Of a DNA stretch of 64,000 nucleotides, positions 1 through 10,710 are shown piece by piece. Position numbers and translations under genes: made by a program. The notes beneath the pieces are model-generated. The model did not search any database, had not been told where the DNA came from, and saw only the letters and a list, made by a program, of their open reading frames with translations. Within the stretch, counting starts at the first letter, position 1. Each line of letters starts with the position of its first letter. This DNA comes from Acidobacteria bacterium bin61 (GTDB lineage Bacteria; Acidobacteriota; Vicinamibacteria; Marinacidobacterales; SMYC01), in assembly GCA_963578475.1 (NCBI GenBank), contig CAUZCL010000003.1:27027-91026 (forward strand). The letters run 5' to 3'.

Positions 1-917
<917 letters not shown>

Positions 918-1448
918 TTAAAGCACTCCTTCGTGTGCAAATTCCTCGGCAGGCGTTTGCTCGCGTACCATAGCTACCCGTCCCGTGCGTGCGAGCCCTA
1001 AAATACCAAAAGGCCGCAGCACTTCCACGAGACGATTGATTTTGTCCTCGGTGCCCGTAATCTCGAAAATTAGAGCGTCCGGGCTCACGTCAACGACTCG
1101 CGCCCGAAAAACCTCCCCGACCTGCATGACCTCCGCCCGGCTTTCGTGGCCCGCCCGAACTTTGATGAGAGCTAGATCGCGCGTGACTGACGGAACGTTC
1201 GAGACATCCTCGACCTCCAGAACATCCACAAGCTTATACAAATTCGCCTCGACGAGTCGAGCCACGCGGTCATCCGCGTTCATGACGATGGTGATATGCG
1301 AGACGCCCGGACGCTCCGTATGGCCTACCGCGAGCGACTCGATGTTGTAGGCGCGCCGGCGAAAAAGCGACGCGACGCGGTCCAAAACGCCAGGGCGGTC
1401 CTCGACGAGAACGACGAAAGCACGGGCGCGCATGCTTGGCTCCATCAC
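918..1448 (-). CDS. ilvN: Acetolactate synthase small (regulatory) subunit
   Basis: 176 aa; N-terminal ACT domain sequence MRARAFVVLVEDRPGVLDRVASLFRRRAYNIESL typical of IlvH/IlvN. Starts 2 nt after the ilvB stop. Confidence 0.9.
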   Translation of the reverse strand: MMEPSMRARAFVVLVEDRPGVLDRVASLFRRRAYNIESLAVGHTERPGVSHITIVMNADDRVARLVEANLYKLVDVLEVEDVSNVPSVTRDLALIKVRAGHESRAEVMQVGEVFRARVVDVSPDALIFEITGTEDKINRLVEVLRPFGILGLARTGRVAMVREQTPAEEFAHEGVL

Positions 1449-1449
1449 G

Positions 1450-3183
1450 TTAGTCCTTTTTCACCAGCGGCTTGTCGCCTTTCTTCTCGAGCAACGGTTC
1501 CGGCCGCCGGATCATGGCTTCGATGGTGTTGCCGGAAGGCACCATCGGGTATACGGTGTCTTCCCTCTCGACGCGAAAATCGATCACGGTAGTCCCCTCC
1601 GCCGCGCGCGCGGTGGCGACAACCTCTTCGATGCCCGCGCGCTTGTCCACGCGCAGTCCAAGAAGACCGTGCGCTTGTGCGAGCTTGACGAAATCAGGGT
1701 TCCGCATCGGGGTCGCGGCATAGCGTTTGTCGTAGAAAAACTCCTGCCATTGGCGCACCATGCCGAGATAGCCGTTATTGATGATGGCGACGTTCAATTT
1801 CAACCCTTCTTGCGCGCAGGTCGAGAGCTCCGCCGCCGTCATCTGAAATCCGCCGTCACCCACGATGACCCAGACTTCCTCGTCCGGCCGTGCGACTTTC
1901 GCGCCGATGGCGGCGGGGAGCGCAAAGCCCATCGTGCCGAGACCACCGGAAGTGATGAGCTTTCGCGGCGCGTCGTGCTTGTAATATTGCGCTTCCCACA
2001 TTTGGTGCTGCCCCACATCGGTCACCACGAGGGCATTCCCTTCCGTCAAATTCCACAAATCGCTGATGACATGGGCCGCGTAGAGATGGCCACTATCGGG
2101 AAGCTGCTGGATGTCACGAACCGCCGAGTCGCCCTTCAAATCGCCGATGAAGTCGTGCCACGGCGTTAGGTCCTGGCAAGAGACTTTCGGCGCCAGAGCG
2201 CCGAGTGAGCCCGCGAGATCACCGATGAGGGCAACTTCGACTTGAATAATCTTGTTCACCTCGGAAGGATCGATCTCGACATGGATCTTGCGTGCAGCGG
2301 GAGCAAACTTCTTCGGGTCACCGACAACGCGATCGTCGAAGCGCATGCCGAGCGCTAGAAGAACGTCAGCGTTTTGGATGGCCTGGTTCACCCAAGCCTC
2401 GCCGTGCATGCCCATCATGCCGAGATTCAACGGATGGGACGCGGGAAAACCACCGATACCGAGAAGGGTCATCGCGACCGGGATCTGCGTCTTCTCCACG
2501 AAGTCGGCAAGCAGCCCGGTCGCGCCCGAAAGCGTCACGCCGCGCCCCGCGAGAATGAGCGGGCGCTTCGCAGTATTCAGGATCTCCGCGGCGTGGTCGA
2601 GCTCTTCCGGGCTTACCGTGGGTCGCGCGGCGCGGGAAGGAAGCTCGACCGGGCTGTCGTCCCATTCGTAGTCGCATTCACGCTGCTGCGCGTCCTTGGT
2701 GATGTCGACGAGCACTGGACCAGGACGACCGCCCTCGGCGAGATGGAACGCTTTCTTGATGGTCTGGGCAATGTCTTCGGTTTGGGTAACCAGAAAATTG
2801 TGCTTCGTGATCGGCAGGGTGACGCCTGTGATGTCTGTTTCTTGAAACGCGTCCGTGCCGATGACATGGCTCGGAACTTGCCCTGTAATGAAGACGCAAG
2901 GCGACGAATCGAGCATCGCCGTGGCAATTCCCGTGACGAGATTCGTGGCACCGGGGCCCGAGGTCGCGATCGCGACGCCCGCACGTCCAGCAGCACGCCC
3001 GAAGCCGTCGGCCATGTGCGCCGCGCCTTGCTCGTGCCGCACGAGAACGTGATGGATAGTCGAATCGAGGAGGGCGTCATAGGCCGGCAAGATCGCGCCC
3101 CCTGGATAGCCGAAGACCGTCTCGACGCCCTGGTGCTCGAGGGCATCCCAGAGGATCTGTGCTCCTGTTTTGCGTGTCGTCAT
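1450..3183 (-). CDS. ilvB: Acetolactate synthase large (catalytic) subunit, TPP-dependent
   Basis: 577 aa; TPP-binding GDGGFQM motif and the FAD/TPP enzyme fold (GYPGGAILP...). Conserved ilvB-ilvN-ilvC order. Confidence 0.92.
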   Translation of the reverse strand: MTTRKTGAQILWDALEHQGVETVFGYPGGAILPAYDALLDSTIHHVLVRHEQGAAHMADGFGRAAGRAGVAIATSGPGATNLVTGIATAMLDSSPCVFITGQVPSHVIGTDAFQETDITGVTLPITKHNFLVTQTEDIAQTIKKAFHLAEGGRPGPVLVDITKDAQQRECDYEWDDSPVELPSRAARPTVSPEELDHAAEILNTAKRPLILAGRGVTLSGATGLLADFVEKTQIPVAMTLLGIGGFPASHPLNLGMMGMHGEAWVNQAIQNADVLLALGMRFDDRVVGDPKKFAPAARKIHVEIDPSEVNKIIQVEVALIGDLAGSLGALAPKVSCQDLTPWHDFIGDLKGDSAVRDIQQLPDSGHLYAAHVISDLWNLTEGNALVVTDVGQHQMWEAQYYKHDAPRKLITSGGLGTMGFALPAAIGAKVARPDEEVWVIVGDGGFQMTAAELSTCAQEGLKLNVAIINNGYLGMVRQWQEFFYDKRYAATPMRNPDFVKLAQAHGLLGLRVDKRAGIEEVVATARAAEGTTVIDFRVEREDTVYPMVPSGNTIEAMIRRPEPLLEKKGDKPLVKKD

Positions 3184-3342
3184 AATTTACCGACCGGTTG
3201 GTAACCAAAACATCTTAACACAAATCGAAGGAGCGTCCAATTCCTGCTAACCGACGCTAACGTATCGACTTGACGCGACCTGGCAAATCTGAAGTCTCCG
3301 CCCATGGTAGCTCAAGCCAACTGACGAAGACGGGATGACGAG
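3184..3342. promoter_or_regulatory. Divergent intergenic region between ilvB (minus) and an oxidoreductase (plus); likely carries both promoters
   Basis: 159-bp non-coding gap between divergently oriented start codons. No specific motif confidently identified. Confidence 0.3.
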
Positions 3343-4323
3343 ATGACGACGAAACGATTGGGCATTGGTTTCAACGGCAGCGGGTTCATCACACGCTTTC
3401 ACATCGCGTCTTTTATCGCCGTGCGGGATGCGGATATCCGCGGGATATGGAGCCCGAACGCGGGGCGCGCGGCAGAAGCGGCGGCGCTCGGGAACGCCCG
3501 CGGCGTAGGCGAAGCGAAAGCCTTCCCGTCCATCGAAGCCATGGTGAAAGATCCATCCATCGATGCCATATGGATTTGCGGCCCGAATCACGAGCGTGTC
3601 GCCAACATGAAAGCCATCTTGGAAGCTCTCGGAAATGGCGGCGAGCTTCAAGGCGGCGGCGTCCTCAATGACATGATGTGCCATTCCATCGAGGCAGCAC
3701 GCTACCTGTTGACCGAGCCGGGCAAGCTACGCGAAAGCCTCAAAGCCAAGAAAGTCAGCGCGCAGATCGCCTGTATGAAATGGCAGCGGCCCGCCTATGT
3801 CGAGAAGCTGAAAGCTGCTTACGGAAGCGACGTCGACTACAGCACGAAGCCTTCGGAAGATTTCGCGCGTGCGATCGTGGAATATGAGGACGGGAACGGC
3901 GAGCCGCTCATCGTGGAAGCTACGACTTCGTGGAGCTATGTCGGCGCCGGACTTCGTCTGTCGATGGGGCTGCTCGGGCCGGAATATTCAATGAAGGTCA
4001 ATACGCTCGACACGGAACTGTCACTTTTCTTTAGCCACGACTCCGGGCAATCATCTGGCGAGGATCTCGTCGAGAAACAGAACGCGGAGCTCGGCCTCAT
4101 GCCCGTCGTCACCGACGAAGGCGCCTACGGCTATGTCGACGAGAACCGTCACATGGTTCAGTCGTTTCTGAAGAACCTACGTCCCGAAGAGACGTTCGAC
4201 GACGGGGTCGCGGTGACGGAGCTTCTCATGACCGCCTACAAGAGCGCTGAAATCGACGCGGCCGTCGAGCTCGAGGGCGCTTCACTCGATGAGTTTGTCC
4301 CCGCGGTCGCCCGCGGCGTGTGA
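3343..4323 (+). CDS. Gfo/Idh/MocA-family NAD(P)-dependent oxidoreductase
   Basis: 326 aa; N-terminal Rossmann region (LGIGFNGSGFITRFH...DAIWICGPNHERV) and a Gfo/Idh/MocA-like C-terminal alpha/beta domain. The region around the expected EKP motif looks atypical or shortened. Confidence 0.65.
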   Translation: MTTKRLGIGFNGSGFITRFHIASFIAVRDADIRGIWSPNAGRAAEAAALGNARGVGEAKAFPSIEAMVKDPSIDAIWICGPNHERVANMKAILEALGNGGELQGGGVLNDMMCHSIEAARYLLTEPGKLRESLKAKKVSAQIACMKWQRPAYVEKLKAAYGSDVDYSTKPSEDFARAIVEYEDGNGEPLIVEATTSWSYVGAGLRLSMGLLGPEYSMKVNTLDTELSLFFSHDSGQSSGEDLVEKQNAELGLMPVVTDEGAYGYVDENRHMVQSFLKNLRPEETFDDGVAVTELLMTAYKSAEIDAAVELEGASLDEFVPAVARGV

Positions 4324-4654
4324 AACCCTCGCGCCAGGAATCGCTGACTTGCCGCCATGAGGCGACTCACTAGTGAAAAACGATTTTCTCACCGCGTTGG
4401 GACACCAGCTCCCAGACATGTTCGAGGAGCAGCTCGCGCCTTTTGAGAAGGTGCTCACCTCGAGGCCATCAAGATATGGCGACACCGTTAGCGGAGCTCA
4501 TCGTCAGTGAATCCGACGAGCTTCTCCCACAAACGGCGATCCACTCGAACGATGCGATCGTCGAGAAGCTCGGGCACGAAGCTTCGGAGGCTTTCACACG
4601 GTCCAACGGGATTCGGCTAGAATCACGCGGACCATTATTCTGAGAGGATCGTCG

Positions 4655-5116
4655 ATGCTATCGACCATGGAGCTCATCGTCGCCCTGAAGGAGACCCCCC
4701 TCTTCTCCGCCGTCCGAGGGGAGGGCTTGAAGCGTATCTCCGACGCGATTCGGGAAACCCGGATTGCCAGCGGGGAACTCATTTTCGCCGAGCAGGATCG
4801 TGGCGACGAGATGTACATGATCCATTCGGGGAAGGTCTCTCTTTTTCGCGGCGACGCCCCCTCGGAGAAGCTTCTCGCGACGCTCGACAAGGGAGCTTAC
4901 TTCGGAGAGATGGCTATTATCGACGACCAACCGCGACCGACCTCCGCGAGGGCCGAAGAGAGCTCGACTTTGCTCGTGCTTCGCAAGCGAGATTTTCGTG
5001 TCGCGGTGCTCGATTATCCAGACATCGCTTTCGCGATGTTCGAAGAGTTCGCTCGGCGTCTACGCCAAGCGAACGAGCAGATTTATTCTCAGTCGGAGAA
5101 ACATGGAGATTCGTAA
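4655..5116 (+). CDS. Stand-alone cyclic-nucleotide-binding (CAP/Crp effector domain) protein
   Basis: 153 aa; cNMP-binding signature GELIFAEQDRGDEMYMIHSGKV...GAYFGEMAII...RSARA. RBS-like GAGAGGA upstream. The 3' end overlaps the next gene by 14 nt. Confidence 0.8.
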   Translation: MLSTMELIVALKETPLFSAVRGEGLKRISDAIRETRIASGELIFAEQDRGDEMYMIHSGKVSLFRGDAPSEKLLATLDKGAYFGEMAIIDDQPRPTSARAEESSTLLVLRKRDFRVAVLDYPDIAFAMFEEFARRLRQANEQIYSQSEKHGDS

Positions 5117-7922
5117 AGCGTTCAACATCCTCGAGATGGACCAGCGCCCCATCCTGCTCCTCGGGGCGCTCCACTTCGTGATGGCGGCCGCGCACACGCT
5201 TTTCGATATCGGTATAACCTCGCTCTTGGTGGCCAATCTCGGCGCGGAGGTGCTGCCGCAAGTCTATGTTGGAAGCGCGCTGCTTCTCATCTGCGCCAGC
5301 CTGTTCATCATTCCCGTTATCGATTTCCTGGATCGATTCAAGCTCTTCGCATCGACGTTGATCCTTTTCGCCGCCGTCCTGGCGCTCACACACCATCAGG
5401 GCGAACAAGCTCCCGGTCTCATCTATCGCGGGCTCTACGTTCTTTCCTATCTGATGAAGAGCTTGCTCTTCCTGCAGTTCTGGCTAATCGCGGGAGACGT
5501 TTGTGACCTCCGGCAAGCGAAGCGCTTGTTCCCCATCTTGCTCGGCTTCAGCCTCGCAGGAGGAGTGACCGCCTCGGTGGCGGCCTCCGTGCTGCTGCGA
5601 TGGATGGCCACGGAAGATCTTCTATTGACCGCCGCTGTGCTGCTCGTCGCCGCCCTAATTCCGACGCGCAGCGTTGCCCGACAATACGGAGCTGCTATCG
5701 AACGGCCTAGGATCCCAGGACAATTCAAGGTCAGGGACTCCCTCTATCGCCTTCGGTCCGACTTTCGCATCTCGCTCTCATCGCCGCTCCTGAGAAACAT
5801 CTCGGCATCGTTTCTGCTGTTCGCCTTTCTGGCACAAGTGCTCGATTTCCTCATGGGTAAAGCAGCAAGTGTCCGATTCACTGAGCTCGGGGCAGTGGAC
5901 GTAGAAGCGCTCACCTCCTTCTATGCTCTGTTGAACGGCGTTGTCATCGGAGTCGGCGCCCTGGTGCAACTTCTCGCCGCCAACCGGCTGATCTCATCGC
6001 TCGGCGTGACCCGAGGGCAACTTGCAGCTCCGCTCGCGGTCCTCGCAGGCTTCGGTTCGATAGCGGTGGTGCTGATCGCCACTGGCAACGCGCTCGGGCC
6101 GGCATTCTTTTTCGCCGTGCTCGCAAGCCGGGGCGTCCAAAAGGTGCTACGGATCTCCATCTATCGGACCTCTACTGACCTCGTCTTCAATCCGATTCCC
6201 GCCGGTCGCCGTGGCCGTGCCAAAGCCTTCAAGGAAACGGTCATCGAGCCCGCGGGCGTGCTGATGGGAGGACTCTTCCTGCTTGCGAGCGGCTTGTTCG
6301 AGCTGCGCACACTTGTCATCGTAGCGCTCGCGCTGTCGGGAGCGTTTCTTTTCGTCTCCCTTCGACTGCACTCCGCATACCTGGCAAGCCTGGTCGCGAT
6401 CCTCGAAGAAAAGAGCCGGCTTCGCTTTACGTTCTCATCGAGCGATACACCACAAGCGACGCTACAGACGCGGCATAGCCAGGATCTCTCGGACCTCGAG
6501 AGAGCTCTGAACGACGACGAAGTCTCGGTGAGACTCCTCGGCGTCGAAGTAGCTGCCGAGCTCCGCGATCCCGCCGCTGCACCACTTCTCGTGGACGGCG
6601 TGCGCCGGGAGCAGGATCCACGGGTGCGTGCCACGATGGTGGCGGCACTCGGTCGGTTGCTGCGCAAGAACGAGGAATCGACGCGGCTCCTGGAACCGGC
6701 ACTCCAGGATAGTGACCCGAGGGTACGAGCCAACGGGATCGAAGCACTCGCCGAAATCGGCCTGGCACACCCTGAGTCCTTTCTCCCGTCCTTCGAGACG
6801 GATCCGGAAGGGAGAATCCGCGCCAACGCGGCGGTCGCCTATAGTCGCCTCGATCCGGAGCGCGGAACCGACTATGGCCGCGAAATTCTCGAAGAGATGT
6901 ACCGGACCGAAGAGGAGGCGCACCAACGATCGGCGCTCTACGGGCTGGGCGAGGTCGGCGATGCCCGCTCCATTCGGCTCCTCGACGAAGCGCTCGTCGA
7001 CGAGAGCATAGCGGTCCGTCGTCAAGCTATTCTCAGTCTGGCCCAAGCCGGTCGGCGCGAGGCGATAAAACGTCTCGTTCGATTCATGGAGGAAGGCGAC
7101 GGCACCACGCGCCGGCTCGCCGCACGGGCTCTTGCCAGTTCGGGAGAAGCGGCAGTCGAGCCGCTCCTTCTTTCACTCTGGGGCTCCGAAGTCGAGGTGC
7201 GGCGCCACGCGATCGAGGCACTGGACGGGGTCGGCTCGACCCGCGCGGACCAGGCACTTCTCCAGATCCTCTCACTCGAAGCCGAGCAGTCCTACTACGA
7301 CCTCGTGCGCTTGCAGAAGCTCCGAACGCTTTCCCAGACGCCGGGTCTTCGCCTCGTATGCGACGCGCTCGCCGACCGCGTCAAGAGCGCCAAAGAGAAC
7401 ACTCTCGACGTTCTGGACAGCGTCTTCGGTGAGCGCGACGGCATGCGCCTCATTCTCGGAAATCTCACTCACCCCGAGCTCACCGTGCGCTCGAACGCCA
7501 TCGAGGCGCTCGAAGTGCGCGTGGACGCCGATGTTCTCGGCGGCATCCAGCCCCTCTTCGAGCACGCGAACCTGACCACCGTCGCCGAGCACGGCGGGAC
7601 GCTCTATGATCTTCCGAGCAAACAGCCGATCGAGGTGCTATTCGAGCTAGCCCACGATCCGTCCGGCTGGACTCGCGCCTGCGCCCTATACGCGCTCAGT
7701 GAGCTCGGGAGTCAAGAGGCGGTCCAGCAACTCGCACAGAAGATCAACGACCCCTATGAGCTGGCGCGCTTGAACGCCATCCAGGGGCTCGGCCGTCTCG
7801 CGTCGAAGAGCAGCCTCTCGATCCTGGAGCATATCGACAAGGGCAAGAACACGACCGCGAGCAAATGCGCAAAAGACGCCATCAAAAGCATCAGATCTCG
7901 CATCATCCTCGCAAACGATTAG
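5103..7922 (+). CDS. Polytopic transporter-like domain (MFS/TLC-like, about 10-12 TM) fused to a C-terminal HEAT/PBS-lyase repeat array
   Basis: In-frame ATG at 5103 (MEIRKAF...) inside the 974-aa ORF. The first about 430 aa are hydrophobic helices (ILLLGALHFVMAAAHTLFDIGITSLLVANLG...). The C-terminal about 500 aa contain repeated D-x-VR-xx-A-xx-AL-G HEAT-like units (DPRVRATMVAALG, DPRVRANGIEALA, SIAVRRQAILSLA, ...). Confidence 0.75.
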   Translation: MEIRKAFNILEMDQRPILLLGALHFVMAAAHTLFDIGITSLLVANLGAEVLPQVYVGSALLLICASLFIIPVIDFLDRFKLFASTLILFAAVLALTHHQGEQAPGLIYRGLYVLSYLMKSLLFLQFWLIAGDVCDLRQAKRLFPILLGFSLAGGVTASVAASVLLRWMATEDLLLTAAVLLVAALIPTRSVARQYGAAIERPRIPGQFKVRDSLYRLRSDFRISLSSPLLRNISASFLLFAFLAQVLDFLMGKAASVRFTELGAVDVEALTSFYALLNGVVIGVGALVQLLAANRLISSLGVTRGQLAAPLAVLAGFGSIAVVLIATGNALGPAFFFAVLASRGVQKVLRISIYRTSTDLVFNPIPAGRRGRAKAFKETVIEPAGVLMGGLFLLASGLFELRTLVIVALALSGAFLFVSLRLHSAYLASLVAILEEKSRLRFTFSSSDTPQATLQTRHSQDLSDLERALNDDEVSVRLLGVEVAAELRDPAAAPLLVDGVRREQDPRVRATMVAALGRLLRKNEESTRLLEPALQDSDPRVRANGIEALAEIGLAHPESFLPSFETDPEGRIRANAAVAYSRLDPERGTDYGREILEEMYRTEEEAHQRSALYGLGEVGDARSIRLLDEALVDESIAVRRQAILSLAQAGRREAIKRLVRFMEEGDGTTRRLAARALASSGEAAVEPLLLSLWGSEVEVRRHAIEALDGVGSTRADQALLQILSLEAEQSYYDLVRLQKLRTLSQTPGLRLVCDALADRVKSAKENTLDVLDSVFGERDGMRLILGNLTHPELTVRSNAIEALEVRVDADVLGGIQPLFEHANLTTVAEHGGTLYDLPSKQPIEVLFELAHDPSGWTRACALYALSELGSQEAVQQLAQKINDPYELARLNAIQGLGRLASKSSLSILEHIDKGKNTTASKCAKDAIKSIRSRIILAND

Positions 7923-7969
7923 CGCAATGCAATATTTAAGAAGAGATCAATATTAAACGTACTCGGAGG

Positions 7970-8782
7970 CTAGATATGGCCTAGGTCCATCTGCTTGACC
8001 GCGTAGTCGCAGGCGCGGGCGGTCAACATCATGTAGGCGATCGACGGATTGACGCAGGATGAGGACGTCATACACGCGCCATCGGTTACGAAGAGGTTCG
8101 GGATGTCGTGGGCCTGATTGTGGCCGTTCAGGACCGACGTCGCCGGGTCGCGCCCCATCCGCGCCGTACCCATCTCGTGGATCGTGAGTCCCGGTGGGTT
8201 GTCTTCAACAAAGCTCGAGACGTCTTTGGCGCCCGAGGCTTCGAGCATTTCCGCCGCGGTCACAGCGGCATCTTCGAGAAGCGCGCGCTTGTTCTCTGAC
8301 CAGGCCATGTGGACGCGAAGCGCCGGAATACCCCATTTGTCCTTGGCGACCGGATCGATCGCCACGTAGTTGTTCTCGCTCGGTAAGCACTCGCCGAGGT
8401 CTTTGTCGAAAGTGTACGGGTTCTCGTCATCGTTGACGAAGAACTTGCTCGACCAATCGTCACAGGCATAGCAGTTCTTTTGAATCGGCTGCGTGCTCGA
8501 TTGACGCGCACGATTGCGGTGCCTTCGGTACGGGAGCTGCCACGGTTGCACATGCTCGACATAGTCCTGCTCGGGGCTCGTGGGACGCCCCGCTTCGAGA
8601 ACGAGTGTCTCGAGCCCTTTCTCGGTTAGCTCCTTGGCGGCGTAGCCGCCGCTGATGCCCGAGCCTACTATAATTGCGTCGTACTCTTTGCGCTGCGCAG
8701 AAATACCATCGTTAAACCTCGATGTTGCGGCCAACGTTATGGATGGGAGTGCAACCTTCATAAGAGCCGGGAAAGACGACAT
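7970..8782 (-). CDS. GMC-family FAD oxidoreductase, unusually short (possible internal deletion)
   Basis: 270 aa; FAD-binding N-terminus DAIIVGSGISGGYAAKE and GMC C-terminal signature HEMGTARMG...NLFVTDGACMTSSSCVNPSIAYMMLTARA. Typical members are about 550 aa, so the middle substrate domain appears absent. Confidence 0.55.
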   Translation of the reverse strand: MSSFPALMKVALPSITLAATSRFNDGISAQRKEYDAIIVGSGISGGYAAKELTEKGLETLVLEAGRPTSPEQDYVEHVQPWQLPYRRHRNRARQSSTQPIQKNCYACDDWSSKFFVNDDENPYTFDKDLGECLPSENNYVAIDPVAKDKWGIPALRVHMAWSENKRALLEDAAVTAAEMLEASGAKDVSSFVEDNPPGLTIHEMGTARMGRDPATSVLNGHNQAHDIPNLFVTDGACMTSSSCVNPSIAYMMLTARACDYAVKQMDLGHI

Positions 8783-9182
8783 GTCCGAGCTCCTGCTCCA
8801 TCCTGATCTCCGATGTGTAGTAGCCCCAGAGCGTGAGCCATTTCATCACACTGAAAAACGGCTGGTCCGCGGGAGAATCGGACGTCGCGACCAGACTCCG
8901 GCTCGTCGCGCGCTCCTCTTGCTCCGCGAGCGCGGCTTCCTCAGCTCTCTCCAGGAGCGCGACCTGCTCGGCCGGATCGTGCTCGACGAACGGTGTTTCG
9001 TCACCGTCGAGCTCCGCCAAACCTTTTCGGAAGCTCGATCGTTCTTCGTCCGTGAACCACTCGGTCAGCATGACGTCGATGAACTCGTTCACGCGCGCAG
9101 CTTTGGCCCCTGGCGTGTCGGTCTCGGGGATGATGAGCTCCGCCATCACGGTAACCATCTCGTTCTGCCTCGTCCAGGTCAA
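8712..9182 (-). CDS. Gluconate 2-dehydrogenase subunit-3 family protein (small subunit partner of the GMC oxidoreductase)
   Basis: 156 aa; AELIIPETDTPGAKAARVNEFIDVML matches the subunit-3 family core. Begins at TTG and lacks the usual Tat signal. The upstream ORF (9183-9534) is in another frame, joined across a C5/G5 run at 9233-9237. Confidence 0.6.
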   Translation of the reverse strand: MTWTRQNEMVTVMAELIIPETDTPGAKAARVNEFIDVMLTEWFTDEERSSFRKGLAELDGDETPFVEHDPAEQVALLERAEEAALAEQEERATSRSLVATSDSPADQPFFSVMKWLTLWGYYTSEIRMEQELGHVVFPGSYEGCTPIHNVGRNIEV

Positions 9183-9534
9183 GACCGGGCGGTCGCGGAT
9201 GGAGAACTCGCCGATGGCAAGGGCGAAGGTCTCCCCCTTGCCTCCGGGCGTGAAGCATGGCGTTACAGGGGTTGATGAAGGCTGTCTTGTAGGTCAGGCT
9301 CACGTTCTTCGGCAAGTGAATGATGCGCTCGTGAGGATCCGTGAAAGGACACGTATTCATGAAGAGGTAATCCCGGATGAGGCTCGTGAGCGCGGCCAGC
9401 GGATGGCCTCCCTCGATTGTAAGGACGCCGACATAGACTCCGAGGAAAAGCGCTAGAATCACTTGGCGCGTGACGACGGCACAGGCGATGGCAACCACAA
9501 TAGGCAGGATCAACCAGACACCGGTATGGTCCAT
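9183..9534 (-). pseudogene. N-terminal membrane-helix fragment; either a NhaC-like remnant or the frameshifted 5' part of the subunit-3 gene
   Basis: MDHTGVWLILPIVVAIACAVVTRQVILALFLGVYVGVL are hydrophobic helices, followed by low-complexity Arg/His-rich read-through. Removing one G from the G5 run (minus strand; plus 9233-9237) fuses this frame to the subunit-3 ORF. Confidence 0.35.
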
Positions 9535-9561
9535 TGGCGCCTATTCTAAGGGAACAGCGCT

Positions 9562-10581
9562 ATGAGCTCAGCCGATTTCGTACGCGCCTTTCCGGACGGC
9601 TACTTTCTCGACGCGGCCAATCTGAAAGGGCTCGAGCGATACGCGCGCCAGCAGGAGTTCATCGGACCCACCCAATTGCTTCATAGCGCTCAAAGAGCGG
9701 GCGAAGGCAACATGAACCTCACCTTGAGGCTCGAGACGGCGGAGAACTCTCTGATTCTGAAACAAGCTCGCCCGTGGGTCGAGAAGTATCCCCATATTGA
9801 AGCGCCCGCGGACCGCTCGCTCGTGGAGGTCGCATTCTACGAGATGGCCGCGAAACGCCCCGCGCTCTGTGACGTAATGCCTCTATTACTAGGAAGCGAT
9901 CCGGCCTCGCGCGTCGTCGCTCTCGAGGATCTGGGGGAAGCCAAAGACTTCACGCCTCTCTACTCAGGTAAGACGCTGACGTGTGCGGAGCTCGACTCGC
10001 TCGTCGCCTATCTCGAGGCGCTTCACACCGCGTGGGAATCTCCACTTCCACCTGTTTTCGCGAATCGAGAGATGCGCGCCCTGAATCACGAGCACATCTT
10101 CCAGCTCCCGCTCGCGAGCGACAACGGTCTCGAGCTAGACTCGTTCACGACCGGACTTCAAGAAGCGTCCGAGGCGTTGATCGCGGATCGAGACTATGTC
10201 GATGCCGTCACCAAGCTCGGAGAGATGTACCTCGCCGATGGCAGCCCGCTCGTCATCGTCCACGGCGATTACTTTCCAGGAAGCTGGCTACGAACGACCA
10301 GAGGCATCCGCATCATCGATCCTGAGTTTTGTTTCACCGGCCCCGCGGCGTACGACGTTGGCGTCATGCTCGGGCATCTCTATCTCGCCGACCAAGCCTG
10401 TGCCGAGGACGTACTCGAGCTCTATCCCAGCAATGACGCGTTTGCGGCGCTCGCGCGCCAGTTCGCCGGTGTCGAGATCATGCGGCGTCTCCTCGGCGTC
10501 GCCCAGCTTCCCCTGAGCTGCGCTATCGAGAGAAAACGCGAGCTGCTCGAGCTGTCACGCGAGCTCGTCCTCTCCGCGTGA
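9562..10581 (+). CDS. Phosphotransferase-family kinase (APH/MtnK-like small-molecule kinase)
   Basis: 339 aa; GEGNMNLTLR nucleotide-loop motif and HGDYFPGSW catalytic-loop motif typical of the aminoglycoside/methylthioribose kinase superfamily. Confidence 0.7.
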   Translation: MSSADFVRAFPDGYFLDAANLKGLERYARQQEFIGPTQLLHSAQRAGEGNMNLTLRLETAENSLILKQARPWVEKYPHIEAPADRSLVEVAFYEMAAKRPALCDVMPLLLGSDPASRVVALEDLGEAKDFTPLYSGKTLTCAELDSLVAYLEALHTAWESPLPPVFANREMRALNHEHIFQLPLASDNGLELDSFTTGLQEASEALIADRDYVDAVTKLGEMYLADGSPLVIVHGDYFPGSWLRTTRGIRIIDPEFCFTGPAAYDVGVMLGHLYLADQACAEDVLELYPSNDAFAALARQFAGVEIMRRLLGVAQLPLSCAIERKRELLELSRELVLSA

Positions 10582-10710
10582 CGCCCGCAGCGCCACCGGG
10601 CTCGTTCTTGCGCTTGCTAGCGCTCATTTTCTCGCGCCGATCTTGCCGCTTCTCATCGAGTCTTCCTCTTGCCGAAGACCATCCCCCGAAGGTACACTCC
10701 CGCAAATAGG

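Noticed and set aside
2374-3204. 276-aa plus-strand ORF and several 60-180-aa ORFs over 1472-3146
   Set aside because: All overlap ilvB on the opposite strand or in other frames. Arg/Ser/Pro-rich low-complexity translations. High-GC antisense artefacts.
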